DNA of 64,000 bases from Selaginella moellendorffii (lineage: Eukaryota > Plantae > Lycopodiophyta). Where the stretch lies: the NCBI RefSeq assembly GCF_000143415.4, contig NW_003314277.1:741878-805877 (forward strand), read 5' to 3'. The notes under the pieces were generated by a model, which was not told the DNA's origin, did no database searches, and was given only the letters and a program-made list of their open reading frames with translations. Below, in pieces: positions 1-10,519 of the stretch. Made by a program: the position numbers and the translations under genes. Every line of letters starts with the position of its first letter. Positions within the stretch are counted from its first letter, which is position 1.

Positions 1-769
1 CACAAGAATCGAACTAAGTGTTAAAATCCCATCCCTTACACCCTAAATCAACTAACTAAAAGGATGATCATTTTATTGCAAAGCCCTTTCTTTATTTTAT
101 TATCCTAACCTAGTAATTCCTTAATATTGTTATATAATAGTTTATTATGTCTATCAAACACCCTTGTTATCATGTCCCATTGTTTTTGAAACTCAAAACA
201 TTTCTTAAACTTTTAAGGTGAAAGGTGGATAAAAAAAGTAAAGTTTTCAAAAGGAAAAAAGAAGGTGCTGTTGGAGTGGGGGAAATTTGAGATTATAGTG
301 TCAAGAAATTGCTAGTGACTTCTATTTAGCATGGAAGAGTGCTGCTCATTGTAGAATGGAAGTAAGTTGGAAATGTGTTACTACTTGAGTTATAGGATGC
401 ATATAATGTGGGTTGTAAAGGGTGTTAAACAGAACCTTTCAAAAGAAGTGGCATAGTCAATACTTGCCACGAGAACAGAAAGTGCTGACGTGGCAATAGG
501 TCGATCTTCTTTTGTTTTTTTGCATGATATCATCCTCTGATTGAGATCTTGTGACGAGCCGGGTCATCCCTTTCTCGCAATCTAGGGTTCTTGTCGTGCC
601 ATTTACAAGCTCTTCTAGGTTTTGGTAGCACGCCAGAAGGATCTTGCAAGAAATTGGTCTAGAGGGATTCTTTTTTTTTTTTTTTGCGAGGAATGCTTTT
701 TTTCTTTGAGAAACTTACTACAGCTTGTTTTTTCTTAGACCGCTACACCGTGCTAGGGTTTTGGGCGAG

Positions 770-2377
770 ATGGAGATGAGCGAGGAGCTCGGTATGATCT
801 AGGCGTCACGAATTATCTATAACAGTTTCTGTGTGTCAGATCCTTTTCTCGCTGCCTACGGCCGGGAGGTAAAGCATGCCAGGCTCCAGGACCGCTGCCT
901 CTACATCCCGTCTGGCTTCTTGGGCCGTTACAACCTGTCCAAGCTCTGGGTCCATCCAAACTACCTTTTCATGGATCAGTTCATTGCGGAGAAGTGGAGC
1001 AGGGTCGTGAATGAGAGGAAAGGGTTGAAGAACTTCCACATCGTCTCAACGCCAGGTATCGGCAAGACGTTCTATGGCCACTACTTCTTTCACAGTAGAG
1101 CTCAGGAAGGACAGAAAGTAGTGTGGAGGACCGAAGATCCAGAGTACTTCTTCTTCGACTTCTCGCTGGACGATCCTCTGGTGCTGCAATCGAACTGGTA
1201 TACTCGACCGCGGGGGTGGGACATGACGAGCGTCTGGCTCATCGTCGACGGGGGCTCGAGGGGAATAAGTCACCTGGGGCCTCTCATCCAGTGCGTCTCG
1301 CCAGATCGCACTGGCTACTACGAGTTCTCCAAGGACCATGGCTATATATGCCGCCTGGGAGCGTGGTCTCTCGAGGAGGCGCAGCAGTGCAACGAGGAGC
1401 TTGAGCTGGGAATGACAGACGAGGAAATCGGTGTCCGCTTTTACTACTGTGGCGGGCTACCAAGGCTTCTCTTCAACACGGAGAAGTTCTCGGTGGCCGC
1501 GCTCCAAGGGTTGGTGCACGAGGCAGCTGCCAGGGTGGAGAGCTGGAGAAATGTGCTCCACTGCACACTCAACTCGGACAAGGACCCCGCTGTTTCTGAT
1601 ATTCTGCTCCACTACCGTCTTACGACTGACAGATTCGACTCGAACATACACCTGGTGTTTGGCTCGGACTGCATTCAGAAGCTTGCTTTTGAAAGGTTTG
1701 AGGAGCAGGGGTTTCAGGCTTTCCGTGACTTTTTCGACTTATGCCGGGGATATCCGGTTGCAAACACCTTGGCGGGCAAAATATACCAGCAGCACGTCCA
1801 CAAGGTACTTGCCACTGGAGGTGACGAGTTTGATCTTCGATCCTTGGAAGAGGAAGGTGACGGCGTCGAACTCTTCCGTCGGAGGCCGACGTCAGTGAAG
1901 CGGCTGCGCGAGTGGAAAGTGTTCGTAAAGAAGCGGTGCGTGGGGTCTGGTTTCAACGTTTACTCCAAGGACGTGAGTCCTGCGGACGCTTATCGTGCAG
2001 GGGCGGAGGAATCACGGGGCCTTGCAGGCTTGCCTGACAATTGCTTCGTGGAGCCTTACGCGTCAAACGAGAAATCTTTCGACTCGTTGGTCACTCCGGA
2101 CGTAATTCTCCAGGTTACAACGTCAGCCACGCATCCGGTCTATTGGTCCAAGATCCACGAGCTCGTTCACGGGTTGGATGAGTTGCATGACAAGCTCAAG
2201 CTGGTGCGTCCCAAGCAGTACAAACTCATCTACGTCGTTCCCGAGCCTAGCTTTGAGGGATACACGTACCAGGGCTTCAAGAAAGACGATGGATCCATGT
2301 ATCAGAGAGATGTTGCCGGGATGGACAGGGTTCATCAGTATGTGATGACTGTTCCATGGAGTGCTCTTCAAAAGTGA
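770..2377 (+). CDS. Crinkler/RHS-like (CR) P-loop NTPase + PD-(D/E)xK restriction-endonuclease-fold protein, copy 1. Micro-exon 770-791, intron 792-839, exon 840-2377
   Basis: Walker A STPGIGKT, Walker B WLIVDG, VSPD, W-SLEE, GGLPRLLF, then PYASNEKSFDS..LQVT...H, IYVVP, QYV, which is the typical CR NTPase+REase layout. The ORF-track GTG start lies in a gtatga...tgtcag intron; splicing gives MEMSEELD-PFL in frame. Confidence 0.8.
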
Positions 2378-2605
2378 CTAAAACAGAAATCCGGTGGCTC
2401 TTGTTACAAACGAATCAAAGTTTAGTCTGCTCGCGTTATCTTTGCTAAGAACTTCATACTAAAGATCTGCAGGAGTGAGCCAGAAGTTACCACTTACAAG
2501 GCCATTGGACTGGCTCTCAACAAAACGAAACTGCGATTCATCTGTGAGCCAACACAACAATCGAACAATGATCTAAAAACCTCTTTTTTCTTCCAATGCC
2601 GCGCG

Positions 2606-3731
2606 ATGTTGTTGCGATTGAATCCAGAGCTCAAGGAGCCACCACCAGTAGCAGCGAGAAAGACCCACGCGCTGGATCCCAAGCGCGTCCACTTCTTCAA
2701 GTCCATGCTCAAGCTCCACGGTGACGCCAAGAACCTGGACGCCGGGCGAGCGGTCCACCTCCAGATGATCACCAGCGGCTACCACCGCGACCGCTACCTC
2801 TGCAACCTCCTCATCCAGATGTATGGCCGCTGCCGCAGCGTCCACGACGCCATCGCCGTCTTCCACACCGTGAGCCGCAAGAACGTCTTCACCTGGACCA
2901 TCCTCATCGTCGCTCACACCCACAACGGCCTCTTCTTCGAGGCCGTGGAGCTCTTCCGCGAGATGGACGTCCACGGCGTCCAGTCCGACGAGTTCACCTT
3001 CTCCGCCATCCTGGAAGCCTGCTCCAACCTCGGCCTCGCCTTCCTCTCGCTCGGCAAGACCATCCACTCGAGAATCCACCAGCAGGGCCTCAAACTCACG
3101 TCCGTCCTGGCGACTTCGCTCATCAGCATGTATGGCCGGTGTGGCTGCGTCAACCCGGCCGTGAAGATCTTCCACAGCCTCGAGAACCCGACGGTGATAT
3201 GCTCCACTGCCATGATCGACGCGTATGCCCAGAACGGGCATATCGAACAGGCTGCGGAGATCTTCGAGAGAATGCAGCTCCAAGGCCTGGATCCCGACTT
3301 GATCGCCTGGACTGCGATGATGACGGCGTATAACCAGCTCGGGCATGCCAGAGAGGCGCTGCTTCTCTTCCGGAAGATGGACCTCCAAGGTCTCGAGCCG
3401 GACAGGTTTGCATTCGTCGCTGCTATTGATGCTTGCTCTAGCATCCCGTCACTGGAGCAAGGCACTGTCCTCCACTCTCGCTTGCTAGCCTCGTGGGTGG
3501 AATGCGATGGTGTCGTCGGGAACGCGCTGCTAAACTTCTACGCCAAGGCGGGGCTTGTTCACGAGTCGAGGAGCCTCTTCTCGAGCATGAAAGTGAAGAA
3601 CGTCGTTGTCCTTGGAACTAGCCTCGTCAACATGTACAGCAAATGTGGAAGAAGCGGAAGAAGTCTTCAAGAGGATGCCCACGAAAGATAAAATCTCGTG
3701 GACTGCCATGGTGACTGCCTACGCTCAAAAC
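2606..3731 (+). pseudogene. Chimeric truncated PLS-class PPR gene (5' part of PPR-A fused to an internal piece of PPR-B)
   Basis: Nearly identical to 43044-44044, then jumps at cgt (3604-3606) to sequence matching 45584-45718, with a further 8-nt deletion; lacks E domain. Confidence 0.85.
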
Positions 3732-6399
3732 CATGGGAGAAGCGACGGCTCCCGGTGTGAGCTTGCTGCTACTGCCAGCACTTGTTAATCGTTGAGATGT
3801 TTCACAATGGCTTTCTGTATCATAGGCCTCCCGCAACGCTGTTGTAAAGTGATGGTGCTCGCCGTCCTTCTACACGTGAATGTGATAAGCCGATTTCTGT
3901 TGTCCAGAAAATGCCAATTAGATCTAAATTGAAAGGAGAGAAAACTGCATACCTGCAGATAATAACCATAGCTTATAGTGGAGGAAATGCCATTGATGTC
4001 GACAGTTATGTCACAGCCAGAACTAGCAACTCTTTTAGCTGTGTTTGACACAAGATGAATCTTCCGCAAACTGCACAATATGACTCCACTTGGGGAATAG
4101 GCAAAAGGGAAAACAATGCGTCTACCTTTACTAAGAACTCGCTGTCACTTGAATAAGTGACATCTAAGCTCATCGGTTCGCATGAGAGACTCTCGGACTC
4201 AGGCATCCAGTCTAACGAGATCTTCCTGGTATAAGGATTGTTGACTCGAAAACCAGAAGTTGTATGCCATGGGCCTCCAGTTCTCGATTCTGCACTGGAA
4301 ATCGTAAATGCTGGCTATCTAAAAACTGCGAGTCGATCTTACCTGGTCGTCGAAAACTCTCCCTTACACATACGCCCACGGCCGCTAAAGCAGCGAAAGA
4401 TTTTACATCTCGCTTGGCTCTTTCGGAAAAATCTAGTGGCTGTGTTTCCAGGTCCCCAGCCCTGAAAGCCGGATGTTTTGCAAGCTTTTTTAAAAAGTGG
4501 ATGTTAGTTGGAAGTCCAGCAACCTGGCGAATGCAATGTTAGTACTCAACAATAATTACAAAAAAAAAGAGCAAACCAACTTGCCTGAAAATTCGAGAGG
4601 CAATTATGCAGCTTCGCCAACGCCATATCGCGATCACTACCCCATACGACCAGCTTGGCTATCATAGGATCGTAGTGGACGCTTACAGCATCACTTTGCT
4701 CTACACCCGTCTCAATTCTCACTGCATTGACAAGATAAACTGCTTAGTATTCTTCAAGTTTGACACGAGTTACCAGTGGATGAAGCGGGAGGTGGATTAT
4801 AATGGTAAAGAACTCCAGCAGCAGGTAGAAAACCTCTTGGAACGTTTTCAGCATAGACCCGAGCCTCAAACGCATGACCTGCTTAGCTGCGATAATCTTC
4901 GGGAATAAGCGGTATACTCTTTTGCTCAAGTGGAAGGCTTTCGCCATTTGCGACACGAATTTGCCATTCCACCAAGTCTTGACGCGTCACCATTTCGGTG
5001 ACAGGGTGCTCAACCTGACCACAAGTTTAATTCAGCATATACAGAAACTAGTGGAAGTCCGTCCTTACTTGCAAACGTGTGTTCATCTCCATAAAGAAAA
5101 AATCTCCTGTTGCAGTGTCGACAATAAACTCGACAGGTAATTCACAGCCTTCGATAGAAAAGAAATTTAGATTTGATAGCAGCAAATCACAAAAGAGGAT
5201 ACCTTAGCCGCATTGACTGCTGCTTGTCCTATTGAGTTGCGAAAGTCGTCTGACATGAGCGGCTGGAATATTAAAAAAAAAAACATGGTGAAACAGCAAA
5301 CAGCCTGAAATATTGTCCTACCGCTGGTGCTTCCTCTATAATTTTCTGGTGGCGCCTCTGAACGCTACAGTCCCGTTCAAACAAATGAACAACGTTTCCA
5401 AAGCGGTCGCCAAAGATCTGTCAGCAAGTCTGTGATAAATTTCCAGATTGCAGAAAATCTCCCACCTGGACTTCTATGTGTCGAGGCTGTGCGATATACT
5501 TCTCAATCAAGACCCTGGTGTCGCCAAACGCAGCAGCAGACTCACGTAGAGCGCTTCTCAAACTGTCCAGAAACTCGTCTCTGCTGTGGACAATCCTCAT
5601 GCCCTGAACCAAAACTTTACAAGAGAAATTAGTAGTGTCGCCAACATGAAACAAAATACCAAAAAGAAAGCAAAAAACCAACCTTTCCTCCGCCACCAAG
5701 AACAGGCTTGATCAGAACGGGATAGCCAATCCGATCAGCCTCAGATTGCAGCAGCTCGTGGCTCTGATCATCCCCGTGGTATCCAGGAACAACAGGAACA
5801 TTAGCACCGCTCATAAGCTTTTTGGAGGCACTAAGGAGTTCCAAGATAGTTCTTATGGCTGGTTCTTTGAAGAAAAATGGAGATGGCGTACCTTTTGTCT
5901 CCCATCAAGCTAATCGCAGCTGCCGAAGGGCCAATGAATGTGATCCCAGACTCGTGGCAAGCCTGCGCAAACTTCGAATTTTCTGATAGAAATCCATACC
6001 CGGGATGGATTGCCTGAGAAGAAGTTGGATATGTATGGGTTGAGAAGAAAAGAAATGAAAGCTTACATCGGCTCCAGTGCGACGAGCAGCGTCGAGGATG
6101 GAAGTAGTGGACAAGTAGCTGAGCTGCGCAGAGGCGGGGCCGATAAACACTGCTTCATCGGCTCGACGGACGTGTAGCGAGTTTCGATCGGCATCACTGT
6201 AAACCGCCACCGTTTTTAATCCCAAGCTACGCGCGGTCTTGATGATCCGGCACGCAATCTCGCCCCTGTTCGCGATCAGGATCTTCTCGATCGGCTGCTG
6301 GGCCGGAGATTTCTCCACGGGAGGCGCTTGAGAGAAGGGATTGGCGAGCGAGCTCCAACATCGCTTGCTCCTCCTCGCAATGGATGCGGAATTTCCCAT
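3732..6399 (-). pseudogene. MCCA: 3-methylcrotonyl-CoA carboxylase alpha (biotin carboxylase) subunit pseudogene, copy 1
   Basis: Spliced exons give [62 protein letters not shown]. Frameshift at ~5135 (GCT GTG AAT TAC CT GTC GAG; the xNAGT codons are missing). Broken at GAVASPM before the biotinyl domain. Confidence 0.85.
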
Positions 6400-6899
6400 G
6401 GACGATCGGCAGCGCTAAAGATGAGCTAGAGAATGCGTGTCACCTGATCGAATCGAGGAGCCAGGACCTCCGCTGGAGAAAACCCTAGCCTTGAGATACC
6501 TTGTCGTGCTTATCCCGTGAAATAGTCTAATCACTTGAGAAGGAGACCTCTGGAGAAATGAGTGGAGGCTCCACGAATCCATTGCAAGGAGTGACAATAT
6601 CGACAGCTATCTTGCTAGTTGGTAGTGCGATAGAGAAAATTCACCTTCGACTCAATGGGGAGATATTTCTTCTTGGACAGTGATGTGCACTGCATATGCC
6701 CTCAAAGGGCATTTTCTGGAACTACTGGATCATGGCTTATAAACTCGTGAAATACTAACACTGATTTTTATATGACATGGCAGGACTGTGAATCTGAATC
6801 CGTCCTTGCTTTCTGAGTTTGATTAAGTTAGAATGGGGATTATGCAAGCTATGTGCGATAATCCCTATGAATCTGAGTGATCCTTGCGAGTGGAGGCTC

Positions 6900-7310
6900 C
6901 GATTTTGCTCTTGGGTCCCTGGAGGTGAAAGGTGGCGGCGTCCAGTGATCGGTGAAGCGGCTGCGCTCGTGGAAGGTGTACTGAAGCGGATGAATCTCGC
7001 GGACTCGCATGCTTGCCGGACTATTGCTTCGTGGAGCGCTACTCGTCGAGTGGGAAGGCTTTCAGCTCGTGGACATGATTCTGCGGGTGACCACGACGAG
7101 AAGTTGCTGGCCCGAGATCGAAGAAGTTGTTCGAGCGCTGGATGATTTGCATGACAAGCGGAAGCTGGCGCGCCCCGAGCAGTACAAGCTCGTTACGTTG
7201 TTCCCGAGTCAATGCTTGAGGGATTCACGTACCAGTTCTTTGAGGAAGACAATGGAGCTGTGTCTGAGCGACGAGTTGCAGGGACGGATACATGATGACG
7301 GTTCCATCGT
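6900..7310 (+). pseudogene. Decayed fragment of a CR nuclease domain
   Basis: ILRVTTT..W.EI.EVVRALDDLHDKRKLARPEQYKL matches VILQVTTS..WSKIHELVHGLDELHDKLKLVRPKQYKL of the CR gene; frameshifted. Confidence 0.8.
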
Positions 7311-7401
7311 AGTTCGTCTTGAGTTTCAGCATGAATGAGTGAAAATCCAGATGTAAACTATGAACTTTACCTTGCAAATCATGAAGTTTGTTCTTCTCGT
7401 A

Positions 7402-7530
7402 CAAGAATCCAACAATGGGATAGAAGTAATCAAGAATCCAACAATGAAAAAGATGTTTCAGCACGTCCCACAGGTATGCTTCAGAGCTGTAGCAAAAATG
7501 ATAGAAGTAATCAAGAATCCAACAATGAGA
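7402..7530. repeat. Short degenerate repeat (aagaatccaacaatg / gatagaagtaatc)
   Basis: Three aagaatccaacaatg copies; related array at ~24232-24440. Confidence 0.7.
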
Positions 7531-7543
7531 AGGAAGGGACAAG

Positions 7544-7705
7544 CAGAAAAACAAGCTCACTCAGAGGCCCAGGACTTGAGCAACGAGTCCATACCTCTCT
7601 CGTAGATGGCCTTGGCAACGAAAGCGTCCTCCTGCTTCCCAAACCTCACCTCCCACTCCATCTCCATGGCCCTCTTTGCCGCTTCCTTGTCCCGTGCGTA
7701 GTCTG
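7544..7705 (-). pseudogene. Inverted 3' fragment of the TPR-SET gene
   Basis: Reverse complement of 25949-26109. Confidence 0.85.
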
Positions 7706-9667
7706 ACGTAGATTTTTCTCTAATTTGAAGTAGATGAGGATGGCTAGTGCAACCACTGCTAATCCAATAAACACAGTGAACACTTGGAAGACTATCCAGT
7801 TTGGAGTAACTTCAACTGTGGATGTCGTTGTCACTAGGAATGCTGTGTCATTATTGAGCTGGAGAATTGTCTCAGCAGTGGCAAGGGAAGGTTCCTTTTG
7901 GAGGTCATTTATGCTGAAGTAGAGACCTGGCAAGCTTCCTGCCACTGAACCAGCAATGAACACTGTCCGCCCCAAAGTTCTGATTAGTGGACGGTAGCCT
8001 GGCTTACCGGCCAACTTAAGTTGATGGAGTTGGCGAAACAATGAATCTTCCCACTCTAAGAGTGTCCTGCTCAAGGAGCCAGCACAAATTCCCAGGAATG
8101 CAATGACAAATGTCAGAAAAGACGCATAAACTTGTGTTCGACGAGAAGATCCATCTTTCCAATACTGCTTTCCAAAATGATGAACGTTGCTCACTTTCAA
8201 CAAGTCATTGAGAACTTCTTGGACGTTCATGTTGTCATATGCGGACAATTTTTTGAAACACGGTGGTGAATCAACCTTAACCAAGAAAATAAAACATCAG
8301 CCTCCAGAAAAAAAAAGTCATAGTATGGAACTCACCTTGAATTCTTCGTTCCCGCAGGTGATGTTCCCTCCTGGTTTCTTCGTCAACAGAAACTCTTTGA
8401 TGACAGTGCCGCACACCTTGTCGGTTTGCATACGAGAATACTTGTACTTAATGCCGGTGATGAGCATAACTTGGGAACCCGTCACGTTTTTTATACAAGC
8501 ATCGAATAGAACTGTGGGATTTGGCTCTTGGTCTCCTTCTAATGTTGTCTCAATGCATGTTGTCATCTGCTCCATCCCACTCAGCACACCTTCTGTGAGG
8601 CTGGCAAGGCTGGCGCCAATGGGAAGAGAGTCATTAAAACTAATTAGGACTGTCACCGGGAGGTTAAATTTGATGCTGTAAGATCCAAGATAGATGATAT
8701 GTTCATCTATAATATGATCCCAGTCCCAAAATGATCGAGATGTCTCACACTGAGAAGTGTTGAAGGCGAAGGAAACATCTTGGCCTTGCGTCAAGTCGTA
8801 TCCAATTATGCAAACTTGGCGACGGCAGGCGCACTCTAAGAATGGATAAGACAAGTAAGAAATAACATCCGGGATGTAGTTGATGGGAACTGATGGGCTG
8901 CATTCTCTAATATCATTGCTGTAGTAAGACCATGTCGAGTCGTTGGAGGGAATTTTCTCCTGGCTAATCCCTGTGGATATGTTGGACCTCGCACTGCTAG
9001 CAAAGTTGCTGAAATAAAATCCAGACTTGGTGAGAACTGGATGCGTGAATTTGGAAGATGGCATTGCGAAAGGTACTTTACTGAGAAGTAAGCCAAGATC
9101 CGGCGTACCGCTGGTTTTGTTCACTGAGACTATAGGTGCAGTGATCTTGCAGCGTTCGACAGCAGACGCCCCCATATCACTCATATCATTGATGCACAGG
9201 CGTAAGCTTATCCCCCAGTGAATCGCCATTTTCCAGATCAGACTAGTACCATGCTGGCGAATGACTCCTCCATACAAGTGTGGATCAGGCGAGTTGAAAA
9301 GATCAGCTTCTACAGTTTTGTTGTTGCTTCTCCAAACCCGCCATGCACTGAGCTTTTGATAAGCAGCAGCAACCTCCGTCATGCTAACACTGCTCGAATT
9401 TTTAGTTTCACCCCACACGAGTGCTGACGCAATGGAGGTGCTTGTGGCCCATTTGTAGAAGGGGTCGTTTGTTGTCGCAAACACGTTGGTTTCCCAACAA
9501 GTTGTACCTGTCTGTTTGATGAGATCAGAATAGAACTCACCTTCTGGCTTCTTTTTGTTCACACATAACGAGAAGACTAGCAGCACAGCTGTTGCAATTA
9601 CAATGGCAAATATGAATACTGCAATGGCAACAATGCTCGACGTCTTCCATGGCTTCCTTTCCGCCAT
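7646..9667 (-). CDS. Unknown multipass membrane glycoprotein, copy 1 (~653 aa; exons 9667-8336 and 8275-7646)
   Basis: Two long ORFs joined in phase by a 60-nt gtgagt...taag intron. N-terminal hydrophobic helix, Cys-containing ~450-aa domain with many N-x-S/T sequons, three C-terminal hydrophobic segments. Confidence 0.75.
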
Positions 9668-10519
9668 AAGTTCGCTAAACGAAAAAACAAAAAATGAAAG
9701 CTGTATCCTTCAAGGCTGTTAACAAGTCGAACCTATTGGCAAATTAAAGGAACATGGTAGTGGAGAATCTATTCAGTGCAACATGTCCTTCATCCCCAAC
9801 CGTAGCAGCAATAATGCAAATGATTCTTTCCACTGCCAGTAATTTGAAAAACAGTAATGCGTATGTGATTTGGAGGGACAACTTTTCCTCGATCTTGGAT
9901 TTGTCGCTCTAATGCATTTTTCCTATATTCTCCGGCACCTCCCAGAGGTGTCTCATTTGTGTCCATGGCTTCGTCCCCCATAAGTTCGCTCAAATTAAAC
10001 ATGGGCTCAGAAGCGGGACTTGGTTTCTTGTTAATACGGAAAGTGAAAAGTGAACTTGAAAGTGAAGGTTCACATGAATTTATTCATTATCAAGCATTTC
10101 TGACTTCCACTCAATGAAAGTTATTCTACTGCCACGTCGGCCTCTATCAGTGTTTAGAAAAAGGTAAATGTAGAAGACGAAAATTGCCTTAAGGATTTGG
10201 CTTGAATTAGAGCTTATTCCTGGACGTAGTCTCAGAGATGGAAACAAGAACCTTTCGTACTCGGCTTTACCAGTGTGAGATAGGACGCACTCCTGTCTAG
10301 ACTATATAAGACTCTCCAATGCACACCATGGCATCGTCCATGAAGCTGCCAACCTTGCCAAAGGCTAAGATTGCATCGACTACATTGGAGACTACATGAC
10401 AAAGGGGTTGTATGTAGGGAGCAACTCTCCAATCTACTAAGTTTGCAAGGTTATTTCCCACTAACCCTGGCACTTGGATCTTCCAAGTCGACCAGACACC
10501 ATTGTCCAATGTCCCTGTC

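Noticed and set aside
1-470. Possible retroelement/LTR end at the window start
   Set aside because: No partner LTR, PBS or coding motif visible
2573-3465. Antisense ORFs over PPR genes (also 10451-11596, 43011-43903, 57524-58537)
   Set aside because: GC-rich codon bias shadow; no independent motifs
3732-6399. MCCA as a functional biotin-carrier-less isoform
   Set aside because: The frameshift at ~5135 disrupts the biotin carboxylase domain in both copies
7402-7530. Repeat-spacer-like pattern
   Set aside because: Irregular spacing, non-unique spacers and eukaryotic context; not CRISPR
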